Shown: positions 18,203 to 26,416 of the stretch, one piece after another | Position numbering within the stretch: position 1 is the first letter of the stretch | Layout of the letters: the number at the start of each line of letters is the position of its first letter | Virus record (IMG/VR): IMGVR_UViG_3300028280_000010 | Coordinates: 1-31,496 of that record | Reading direction: 5' to 3' (one strand) | Length of the DNA: 31,496 nt | Source: a virus | Taxonomy: Duplodnaviria; Caudoviricetes | Made by a program: the position numbers and the translations under genes | Notes under the pieces: model-generated | What the model was told of the DNA's origin: nothing | The model's database searches: none | Seen by the model: only the letters and a program-made list of their open reading frames with translations

Positions 18203-18775
18203 TTAGATTTCCTCTTTTTTTCTAGCTGTTTTTTTGACGGTAGATTTTTTTTTTGCATATACTTCTTTATATGTCTCAGTAAACTCTTTATATACAACAG
18301 TCATCTCATCTACCTTTCTATGTAACTTATCTACCCGTGTTAATACCTTTTCAACTAGATTAAACAGTTCATCTTTCTCATTTACATCAAAACTAAATGT
18401 TAATTGATTATCATCAATTTGTGGTTGAACTGGTAATTGTTGTACCGGTTCGACTGGTTGCTGAGCCTGCACGACTGGTTGTTGTACCTCAGGTTGAGGG
18501 GTTGGTGCAGCCTGCACTTGTTGTACAGGCTGCTGAGGTTGAGTATAGACTTGTTCAATTTGTTTCTTTATCTCATCGCTTTTACCCCTTTGTAAAGTAT
18601 TGGTTGGTCCTACTATATTACCATCCATCTTTTTAGCCTCACCGTACATATTACCCATGAAGTTAAGTAAGGCAGCTCTTTCTTCATCCGGTGAAAGCTG
18701 TCTTGATAATTGTGGCATTTCACCATCACCTGACATATCAGGCATTGGTATTAATTCTGGTTGTCCGTCAGCCAT
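18203..18775 (-). CDS. Hypothetical Q/P-rich protein with a coiled-coil C-terminus (late promoter)
   Basis: QPQQPVQQ low-complexity centre, QLTFSF motif, basic tail; TATAAATA (18781-18788) 5 nt upstream. Confidence 0.7.
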   Translation of the reverse strand: MADGQPELIPMPDMSGDGEMPQLSRQLSPDEERAALLNFMGNMYGEAKKMDGNIVGPTNTLQRGKSDEIKKQIEQVYTQPQQPVQQVQAAPTPQPEVQQPVVQAQQPVEPVQQLPVQPQIDDNQLTFSFDVNEKDELFNLVEKVLTRVDKLHRKVDEMTVVYKEFTETYKEVYAKKKSTVKKTARKKEEI

Positions 18776-18783
18776 TTTATTAT

Positions 18784-19641
18784 TTATACGTCAAGACCTT
18801 CAAGTAGCTCTTTTAGAACTTCATCCTCATTATCATCTTTTTTAGTTTCAGTAACAGGAGTTGCTACCGGTGCAGATTCAATAGGTGTATTAACAACTAC
18901 GTCTTTAACAACGTTATTATCTGCTGATGCATCTCTTACATAATAATGCTCATCCATCATAGTCTTAAGCTCACCTACACTCTTAACACTAAATACACTA
19001 GTTAGATCAAACACATTATCATAAATTACCTCATGTTTATCTTCGTCTAAGTTATCAATTGCACTCGGCATACCAAACTTTGACGAAACGTAAGTTGGAA
19101 AATCACCTTGCTTCTCAACCTTTACTCTAAAGTTAACACCGTTAGGTCCTAGGTCAAAAATACGAGGACCTAACTCTGCTGCATCTTCCCCTTCAATAGC
19201 ATCGGTAATAATATTATGAATTTGCTTACCGTATCGAAGCATCTTTACCTTACCATTATTTTCTGGATTAACAGGATCGTTAACAACATAAACATTAACT
19301 AACCATTTCTCAGAACGCATAATTGCCTTAGCCTTTTCTTTTTCTTCTTCATTACCAGTACGAAGAATCTTATAGCGCTCTTCAGCAATAGGATCTCTTT
19401 CACCAAAGGTTTGAAGAGAAATAGCACTAGTATATTGACCAGTTGCAAAACTATTCCAACCATGTTGGTAATAATGAAAGAATGTCTTGGAAGGATCTTT
19501 CGCGTAAGGTAATAACCTTACTGTAAAAGTATTACCAGGAGGTGTCTTTAAGATATCACCTATTGCACTATTATTATTATCATTATCTGCTGCTAATGCA
19601 GACTTAATACTATCGAACATTGAACTTGTTATATTACTCAT
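18784..19641 (-). CDS. Single-stranded DNA-binding protein (T4 gp32-like)
   Basis: VRLLP, HGW, FGERDPIAE, WLVNVYVVNDPVNPENNGKVKMLRYGKQI, IFDL...GVNFRVK, PTYVSSKF and an acidic tail. Confidence 0.9.
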   Translation of the reverse strand: MSNITSSMFDSIKSALAADNDNNNSAIGDILKTPPGNTFTVRLLPYAKDPSKTFFHYYQHGWNSFATGQYTSAISLQTFGERDPIAEERYKILRTGNEEEKEKAKAIMRSEKWLVNVYVVNDPVNPENNGKVKMLRYGKQIHNIITDAIEGEDAAELGPRIFDLGPNGVNFRVKVEKQGDFPTYVSSKFGMPSAIDNLDEDKHEVIYDNVFDLTSVFSVKSVGELKTMMDEHYYVRDASADNNVVKDVVVNTPIESAPVATPVTETKKDDNEDEVLKELLEGLDV

Positions 19642-19647
19642 ATTTTA

Positions 19648-19675
19648 ATTATAGATTATGTTTTTTGTTTTTCAA
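19648..19675 (-). promoter_or_regulatory. Sigma70-like promoter TTGAAA-N16-TATAAT (SSB)
   Basis: The -10 box ends 6 nt before ATG 19641. Confidence 0.7.
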
Positions 19676-20288
19676 CGAATATTTTAAAATTATTAATTAT
19701 TTTTTTAGCTTTTGAACTTGAATAATATTTTGTCCTAATATAATTGAGTCTTGAAAAGTTAGAACTATACATATTTTTAATCTCCGTATCAATTGAAGAT
19801 AAGATTTTTTCAAAATTGTTAAATGCAAATAATATGAATATTATAACGTCTCTATTTTTTACATGTTTAAGAAAAACATTATATTCACCTTCTTTTACAT
19901 TTAAATAATTTTTAATATCAATATTATTACTATTACAGTAATTGTAAATGAATTTAACCGACTCTTGCATTTTCAAGATAGTTTTATCGTCATCCGGATT
20001 ATTAAGTAAAAACTTATCATTATATAAAGTATAAGCTTTTATCGCTTTTTGACTCAAATAAAATTTTAAATCAAAATAATTTTCGTTATATACAAAATAC
20101 GGTGCTTCAAAAAAGTCTTTTATTTTTAAATGCTGAAATTTATTAAAAAATGCACTTAGCTTATTAACTACAATATAATTTTCATCCGGAAAATTATCAA
20201 AATTCTTTCTATACTTAACTGGTTTATTATTTACCTTTTTACTAATTTCTAAAAAATTATTATATATTACTTTTTCTTTTTCAGTCAT
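19656..20288 (-). CDS. Putative helicase loader (T4 gp59-like)
   Basis: About 210 aa, basic and aromatic, directly upstream of the gp32-like gene as in T4. Loose matches from memory (KLS, MQESVKFIYNY, KAKKI). Start MTEKEK at 20288 preferred over 20297. Confidence 0.5.
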   Translation of the reverse strand: MTEKEKVIYNNFLEISKKVNNKPVKYRKNFDNFPDENYIVVNKLSAFFNKFQHLKIKDFFEAPYFVYNENYFDLKFYLSQKAIKAYTLYNDKFLLNNPDDDKTILKMQESVKFIYNYCNSNNIDIKNYLNVKEGEYNVFLKHVKNRDVIIFILFAFNNFEKILSSIDTEIKNMYSSNFSRLNYIRTKYYSSSKAKKIINNFKIFVEKQKT

Positions 20289-20565
20289 TGAACCCATTAA
20301 ATTTATTCAAAAATTTAGTTACATATTTACTTTTAGTTACCGATGGTTCGGTTTGAATATATTTTTTAATAGCTGTAAATTCATTTTCTTCTTCAATAAT
20401 ACTAATAAAAATATCACGCAAGGCTTTATCTTCAAGTATCTTTAAAAAAACTGTTGCAAAATTCATCTTTTTATCATTTACTAAAGACACAAAAGTGCAA
20501 AAAGAATAAAATGATTTTTCAAATTCTTGATTTTGTATATCTTCAAACGGTATATTATTTTTCAT
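20281..20565 (-). CDS. Hypothetical protein
   Basis: 94-aa ORF overlapping both neighbours. It occupies the T4 gp33 position but no motif was recognised. Confidence 0.55.
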   Translation of the reverse strand: MKNNIPFEDIQNQEFEKSFYSFCTFVSLVNDKKMNFATVFLKILEDKALRDIFISIIEEENEFTAIKKYIQTEPSVTKSKYVTKFLNKFNGFND

Positions 20566-21442
20566 TTATTGGTTTAAGAAATTTAGTAATATTAATTATT
20601 GAATCGTTTAAAATTCCACCTGCAGCGTCTTCATGACCACCACCTTCTATTAGTTTTGAAGCTAACTTACCCATATTTAAAGTGCATTCTTTACCACGTC
20701 TCATGTATACGCTTTTACCCTTAATGTTTATCATAATAACAAAATCAACCTTATATTTTTTTATAATATTTTCTGCAATTTCATTCGGACTAAAAGTTAC
20801 CATTACACCAGCTACATTATAATCATTTCCACCGATCTTAATATTACCAAAATTGATAGGTTCTTCTTTAAAAAAACTGTCAATTTTATTTTCTATAATT
20901 TTAAGAGCATTTTTATGGAATTGATTAAAACCAAAAAAGCCATCTTTAAAATCTTGTTCAAATTTGTTAACTCTATCTCCAGTATAAGACCAAAATACTT
21001 GATTTAATGGTTTACTAAACGGTAAGCTTAAAGTATAGCTGTCATAGTCGTCAATTAATTTTATTAAAAGTTTTTGATTTTTATTTAACTTACCCTCTAA
21101 CTTAAATGTATCGTAAATTAATTTGGTACATGAAGTATAATCTTTAATAATCGGCTTAGCATTTTTATAATTATTGATTAATTCAGTATGCTCTTTATGG
21201 TGATCAACTATTATAACATTTTTTAAATCACATAGTTTTATTTCATCTTCTTTTAAATTGAGATCACTAATTATTACCAGGTCATAGTCATTGAATTTAA
21301 AAGAAGATGCAACATCAGTTAAAAACTTTTTTTCAGTAGTGACTGAATATGATATAGACGCATTTTCATATGCATACTTTAAACATAAGTATGAACCAGC
21401 TCCATCGAGATCTGCATCAGTAATTATATGGATCTTAGGCAT
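20555..21442 (-). CDS. DHH/DHHA1 family phosphoesterase
   Basis: TDADLDG, IISDL, IIVDHH, IDDYD and the DHHA1 motif GGGHEDAAG. Confidence 0.9.
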   Translation of the reverse strand: MPKIHIITDADLDGAGSYLCLKYAYENASISYSVTTEKKFLTDVASSFKFNDYDLVIISDLNLKEDEIKLCDLKNVIIVDHHKEHTELINNYKNAKPIIKDYTSCTKLIYDTFKLEGKLNKNQKLLIKLIDDYDSYTLSLPFSKPLNQVFWSYTGDRVNKFEQDFKDGFFGFNQFHKNALKIIENKIDSFFKEEPINFGNIKIGGNDYNVAGVMVTFSPNEIAENIIKKYKVDFVIMINIKGKSVYMRRGKECTLNMGKLASKLIEGGGHEDAAGGILNDSIINITKFLKPINEK

Positions 21443-21464
21443 TATTTTTATTTAGTTCCTCTTT

Positions 21465-22805
21465 TTAATTACTCAACATGTTAAGAGTACTAGTTAAATC
21501 AGACATTTCACTACCTTCATCATCAACGTTTAACGTTTCATCTTCAGAAATAGTTAACGTATCGTAATTTAATCTTAATGCTGTATAACCGTAATTAGCA
21601 CCATACCTATTTTTCATCATACCCATTTTAACAATACCTAACTCTTTATCTTCATCATCTTGAAATATACTAAAAATACAGTCAGCTGTAGCAGCCATTC
21701 CAATAGATTCTGATATAGTATCTAAACCAGGGTTCTCTTCATCGTAACCTGACCTATTTAACTGGGTAGCAGAAATAAAAGGGCATTCAAAAACGTAACT
21801 CAATGCTCGTATACCTTCAGCAACATGCTTAACTCTTTCATAAGAATTATCACCAAGAGGGCTTTTTAGTAGATTTAAATAATCAAGAACAACTGCATCT
21901 ACTTTAATACCTCTATTTTTTAATTCGGTAATATAACCTTGTATATTCTGAGGTGTAACAGTACTAGGAGGAAACTCTTTAATTAAAATTTTACTATTTG
22001 GTTTACCATTATTATAATTTTTTATTTGAGCTGATAGGGATTGACCAGCTCCTTTTAATTCTTTCATTGGTATTCTAGTTATATTAGATGATAATCTTCT
22101 TGCGTATATCATCTCAGACATTTCAAGACTTATAACTAAAACTGTCTTACCTTTAGCAGCTATATTACAAGCTATATTACCTAAAAATATAGATTTACCA
22201 ACATTAGATTCACCTGCAAATACATATAACGATCTACCATTTTCTAAGAAACCTCCATCTATTTTATCATCTAACCATTTCCAACCGGAAGATATAGTAG
22301 GTTGGTCTACATTCAAGTCATCTACAACCTTATCAATATTTTCAAATAAATCTAAACCTATTTCTTCTTTTAAATTAACATTACAACTTTTTTCAAAACT
22401 ATCTAAAATAAAACTCGTATTAACTTCACCTTTACTAACATCTTCAGCAACTGATAACATTGTATTGTATATCGCTCTTTCTTTTAAGAAACGTTCAGTA
22501 TTAGAAGTTAACTCTTCATCGTTAAAGTTTTTATCAATATTAGAAAAATTCTTTACAACAGACTTAAAACTATCTTTTAATTCGTCATTAATTAAGTAAG
22601 ACTTTAACTCAGTTACAGTAGGTATACTTTGCCTCTTTACATAAAAACTTTTTATAAGACTAAAAACAGTCTTAATATTTTTATCATTAAAATAATCAGG
22701 CTTTATATGGTCTATAATTTGAGTTAGATAACTTTCGTTTGTCAAACTTTTATAAACTATAACTTGCTCGTAATAATCTAAATTTAATCTTCCTATTTCT
22801 TCCAT
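21465..22805 (-). CDS. Replicative DNA helicase (T4 gp41/DnaB-like)
   Basis: Walker A AGESNVGKS, ISLEMSE, IKEFPP, VLDYLNLL, SATQLNRSGY, ISESIG...TAD and KNRYG motifs. Confidence 0.95.
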   Translation of the reverse strand: MEEIGRLNLDYYEQVIVYKSLTNESYLTQIIDHIKPDYFNDKNIKTVFSLIKSFYVKRQSIPTVTELKSYLINDELKDSFKSVVKNFSNIDKNFNDEELTSNTERFLKERAIYNTMLSVAEDVSKGEVNTSFILDSFEKSCNVNLKEEIGLDLFENIDKVVDDLNVDQPTISSGWKWLDDKIDGGFLENGRSLYVFAGESNVGKSIFLGNIACNIAAKGKTVLVISLEMSEMIYARRLSSNITRIPMKELKGAGQSLSAQIKNYNNGKPNSKILIKEFPPSTVTPQNIQGYITELKNRGIKVDAVVLDYLNLLKSPLGDNSYERVKHVAEGIRALSYVFECPFISATQLNRSGYDEENPGLDTISESIGMAATADCIFSIFQDDEDKELGIVKMGMMKNRYGANYGYTALRLNYDTLTISEDETLNVDDEGSEMSDLTSTLNMLSN

Positions 22806-23470
22806 TTATTAATAAAGTAATGTTGACCATCGTAAAACTCTTTATCAGGGTTAGTTAATCCTGGACTAGAATGTATGATAGGTATATCAACTACACCTAT
22901 TATAACTTTGTTCCTATTACATTCAAGTGAGAAATCTAAATCGTAATAGTGCCATTTGCATGGGTATGTCTCATCGAATTTTACTTCTTCAGGTAACTGT
23001 TTAATATTAATACCAATAAATACTCCATCGATAATTAAACATCTGCTAGGGATAGACCCGAAAGAAGTATACATATATGACTCTTCATTCCCGTGAGCTA
23101 CACAACCTCTCTGATCCTTTCTCTCTGACATAAGATGCCATAAAGCAGGGTTGCCAATTTTACAGGAAGTAGCTCCAGCTAGCCCAAATACTGTATATCG
23201 GTTCGCACTATCCTGCAGACGAGATCGCAAGTCTCTTGTATTAATAAAAACATCATCATGTATAAAGACAGCAATATCAATATCATTCTGCTTAGCATCT
23301 TCTAAGAAATTATTATAGCATTTTTGCAAACTCCTAGTATTATTCTCTTCGTAATGTACATCAAACGGCATTATTGGACCATAATCTGCTAAAACGCGAT
23401 TTAAAGATTTATAGAGAGGTGTCGTCTCCTTTTTACTTTTTGTAGCTGTATAAATTTTTATGTTATTCAT
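22793..23470 (-). CDS. GT-A fold glycosyltransferase (GT2-like)
   Basis: SLQKCYN, AVFIHDDVFI (DxD-like), FGLAGA, IIDGVFIGIN, FDE, WHYYDLDFSL and IIHSSPG. Confidence 0.8.
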   Translation of the reverse strand: MNNIKIYTATKSKKETTPLYKSLNRVLADYGPIMPFDVHYEENNTRSLQKCYNNFLEDAKQNDIDIAVFIHDDVFINTRDLRSRLQDSANRYTVFGLAGATSCKIGNPALWHLMSERKDQRGCVAHGNEESYMYTSFGSIPSRCLIIDGVFIGINIKQLPEEVKFDETYPCKWHYYDLDFSLECNRNKVIIGVVDIPIIHSSPGLTNPDKEFYDGQHYFINKWKK

Positions 23471-23801
23471 AATCTTTGCGATCGTCTAATTCAGGCTTGT
23501 TTTCTCTATTCCAAATCATACCCATAATATTCCATAAAGCAGCACCTAGATGATCTTCACTTTCATCCCCAGTGAAATCTTCCATTAAATGTCTCATTGC
23601 TGAATCATATAAGACGGAATGCTTCATTCCCTTCTTCCAATTATTTTCATTATAAGTTTCTGCCCCTTGCAGATATCGCTTCATGACATCGTTAAGTGCT
23701 TTATGTGGTACAAGACTCATACGCAACTTACCATCAGCATTATCACGTTGAGCACCTGTATCAAATTGCCGCGGCTTGCCAGTTTGTTTTAGTTTATCCA
23801 T
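23463..23801 (-). CDS. dATP/dGTP diphosphohydrolase domain protein (DUF5664-type)
   Basis: FDTGAQRD..GKLRMSLVP...GAETYNENNWKKGM...DSAMRHL...EDHLGAALWN is the characteristic pattern of this family. Confidence 0.8.
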   Translation of the reverse strand: MDKLKQTGKPRQFDTGAQRDNADGKLRMSLVPHKALNDVMKRYLQGAETYNENNWKKGMKHSVLYDSAMRHLMEDFTGDESEDHLGAALWNIMGMIWNRENKPELDDRKDYE

Positions 23802-24267
23802 TTATAATATTATAAACTGGTTCCTTATATATTATATCTTGGGAGTTAAAATCATTTTCAACTATTTCAAAATTTTTACCTAACCATTTTTTATAAAAGC
23901 TACATCCATCGCTTCTTATATCGGAATTAACGTAATAAAAATCAATATCATCTTTATGTTTAAAGATTGCATTTTTAATCAAAAGTTTTGCTACACCCTG
24001 ACCACGGGCACCTTTATTTGTAATAATAAAATATGTTTTTAACGTTTTTTCAAATTTATCATTAACTGTATATGCATGTAGACCAAGTACTCGACCTGCA
24101 TCATCGGTACACAACTCAATAGGAAATTTTTTCCACCAATTTCTACCAGACCATACATGTCCAAACGTATTTAGTATAAAGGAATCTGTATTATCGTAAA
24201 CAAATTTGATAAATCTTAGTTTATCTAACTCATTACATTCATTAATTGTTACATAATTTATATTCAT
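23794..24267 (-). CDS. GNAT family acyltransferase
   Basis: Acyl-CoA-binding motif A (ITNKGARGQGVAKLLI) and a motif B-like VNS....CSFYKK. Confidence 0.75.
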   Translation of the reverse strand: MNINYVTINECNELDKLRFIKFVYDNTDSFILNTFGHVWSGRNWWKKFPIELCTDDAGRVLGLHAYTVNDKFEKTLKTYFIITNKGARGQGVAKLLIKNAIFKHKDDIDFYYVNSDIRSDGCSFYKKWLGKNFEIVENDFNSQDIIYKEPVYNIING

Positions 24268-24935
24268 AAAGTTAAAAATGGTGAATCATACACAAAACCA
24301 TCTATTTCTGTTAGACCTTCGTATGAATAATTGTAAAGGATACCTTGTTTTACTTCTTTATATTCTAAACCTTTGATAGATGATATATTACCATCTTTAT
24401 AAAACAACGTGCTACCTTGTCTAGCTATATATACGTTCATTGTTTTAATGTTTACTATCCAAAGTGCAAAAGTACCTTTAAGTTTTTCTATTGTATATAA
24501 AATATTTTGAATTTCAGCTTCAGTATCTTCACAAGGACCATGATTATATTCAAATTCATCTAATAATGCTGGTATAATACTACTATCTACCGGGTTATCA
24601 TGCATTGGAAGGTATTCATCTATTAACTCCTCATAATTAGTTAAAACACCATTATGTGCTACTATCCAATCACCAAACCAAAACGGGTGAGACGTTTCAT
24701 CCTTCCAATCCCTACCTGTTTCTGTCGGCGCTTGATTATGTCCAAGGTATAAAAAACGGTCACCCTTCGGTAGATTTATTTTATTCCAATCAACCCCTCC
24801 ATTTTCTTTCATTATATGATAATTTGCACCGCCATAACAATAAAATATACCGGTAGAAAAATTACCACGTTTTTTATTAGCTTGCTCTAATATTTCAAAC
24901 GTACTTAGATTATTACTGCAATATATACCACACAT
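24264..24935 (-). CDS. Class II (Ntn) glutamine amidotransferase, stand-alone
   Basis: MCGI with catalytic Cys2, RG, LGHNQAPT, SHPF, VAHNGVLTN, VDS and LKGTFALW. Confidence 0.9.
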   Translation of the reverse strand: MCGIYCSNNLSTFEILEQANKKRGNFSTGIFYCYGGANYHIMKENGGVDWNKINLPKGDRFLYLGHNQAPTETGRDWKDETSHPFWFGDWIVAHNGVLTNYEELIDEYLPMHDNPVDSSIIPALLDEFEYNHGPCEDTEAEIQNILYTIEKLKGTFALWIVNIKTMNVYIARQGSTLFYKDGNISSIKGLEYKEVKQGILYNYSYEGLTEIDGFVYDSPFLTL

Positions 24936-24943
24936 ATAATTAT

Positions 24944-24971
24944 ATTATAGCATAAAATAGGATAAAATCAA
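24944..24971 (-). promoter_or_regulatory. Sigma70-like promoter TTGATT-N16-TATAAT with extended -10 (TGCTATAAT), heading the GATase-GNAT-DUF5664-GT-helicase run
   Basis: The -10 box ends 8 nt before ATG 24935; the -35 box overlaps the divergent late promoter AATAAATA (24970-24977). Confidence 0.7.
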
Positions 24972-24982
24972 TAAATAATAAT

Positions 24983-26359
24983 ATGAGTTTACATAACTGG
25001 AGTAATAAAAAAATTATCAACGAGAGTACTTCTAATTATATGCATAATATGCAAGATATTGACCTTGACATCGTTCAAGAAGCAAGAGGTAAAAAAATTG
25101 CAGATCCGCTTAGAGCAAAACTAATGGGTATGGAAGATATTAGAGATTTAAAAGGTACTATGACACCTAGATACTTTGCAACCAAGGTTATTAGATTTTT
25201 ACAAAAAGAAAACCCTGAAATAGATGTTGCAGATTTATCCGATGAAGATATACAACAAGCTATAAATGTCGTAGCTCAGGTATCAAAACCATTAGCACAA
25301 AAACCGGAAGTTAAGATTACGACAAGAGAAAGAGGTTCAGCAAAAGAAGGTCTCAAGAAAGGTGATACCGGTTTTGAGACTCTTCAATTGAATCTTGGTG
25401 GTGATACAAAATTAAAATCTGAAGGTGAAGTTGGGGAAAATGATTTATATACAGTCGTTAGCGACGGTTTAAAATATAGAGTAACTCTTAACAATTTTAA
25501 AGGTACACAAATTAATTTGGATGATATATCTCAAGATGACGTTGTTTCAGTTGTAATTGTAAAACCGAGTGAAATGGAAACAGTTGATAAATTTGGGGGT
25601 GAAGTCGATTTAGGTCAAAGAGAAAAATTAGTAGCTGACTACCCAGAAGGTGAAGAAGAAATGGATATGGATAGTGTTATTGATGCTGTTAAAAAAATGA
25701 GTTTTGATAAAAATAAGTTAACAGCTGATAGATATGGTCGTAAACATGGTATTTCCCAAGAAGGTGATTTAGAAGATTATGAACTAGAAAATAGAAGAAT
25801 GAGAATGGATTTTCCAATAGACACAAGTGAAGAAATCGGACCAGAAGATGCTGAAGACTGTCCTTATAGTGATGAAGAAATTGACACCGAAAAAGCTGAT
25901 TTAGACGATGATGGTGAAATCTCTGAATACGAAAAGAGTAGAGGTGAAGCTATTGCTAAAGCGATGAAAAAGGAGCAAGAAAGAGCTGGTCAGTCACATG
26001 CAAGAGCAGTTGCTGATCATTATGAAGATGAAGAGGCAAATCTTGACAACACACCGCTTGAAGAATTATCTATTCTATCACCTGATGAATTTGAAATGGT
26101 ACAAAATTTCGAAAACTTTAATCCTGATGAATGGGGATACAATACACTTCAAAAATTCTACTTCAGAAAAAGAGAAGGTGGAGAAGATGAAGAGTTTTCA
26201 ACCAGCCAGTACATGTCAACAGCTCCTGTAGAAGCGAGAGAAGAAGCTGAAGAGGTTAAGATGTCTCAATTAGAGATTAATCAACATCTTGCTGTTCAAG
26301 AAAGACAACGAGTACAAAACTTATATGCACAGCAAAGGCGCCATACACACGGCTACTAA
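24983..26359 (+). CDS. Large acidic late protein with an EF-hand-like loop; candidate head-internal protein
   Basis: 458 aa; AATAAATA 5 nt upstream; KKIINE near the N-terminus; DLDDDGEISEYE loop; very E/D-rich C-terminal half. Confidence 0.7.
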   Translation: MSLHNWSNKKIINESTSNYMHNMQDIDLDIVQEARGKKIADPLRAKLMGMEDIRDLKGTMTPRYFATKVIRFLQKENPEIDVADLSDEDIQQAINVVAQVSKPLAQKPEVKITTRERGSAKEGLKKGDTGFETLQLNLGGDTKLKSEGEVGENDLYTVVSDGLKYRVTLNNFKGTQINLDDISQDDVVSVVIVKPSEMETVDKFGGEVDLGQREKLVADYPEGEEEMDMDSVIDAVKKMSFDKNKLTADRYGRKHGISQEGDLEDYELENRRMRMDFPIDTSEEIGPEDAEDCPYSDEEIDTEKADLDDDGEISEYEKSRGEAIAKAMKKEQERAGQSHARAVADHYEDEEANLDNTPLEELSILSPDEFEMVQNFENFNPDEWGYNTLQKFYFRKREGGEDEEFSTSQYMSTAPVEAREEAEEVKMSQLEINQHLAVQERQRVQNLYAQQRRHTHGY

Positions 26360-26378
26360 AGTATTTTAATATACAAAT

Positions 26379-26414
26379 AAAAAAAGGTATGAAATATTTC
26401 ATACCTTTTTTTTT
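26379..26414. terminator. Bidirectional Rho-independent terminator
   Basis: Perfect 34-bp palindrome AAAAAAAGGTATGAAAT/ATTTCATACCTTTTTTT between convergent genes, with U-tracts on both strands. Confidence 0.9.
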
Positions 26415-26416
26415 AC

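Noticed and set aside
5972-26231. Other short nested ORFs (5972, 6916, 7312, 9667, 13945, 14556, 17929, 18397, 18600, 18761, 20454, 24656, 25998)
   Set aside because: All overlap longer motif-bearing genes. Their composition (for example KMKMKMK from GAAGAT repeats) reflects the codon bias of the real frame.
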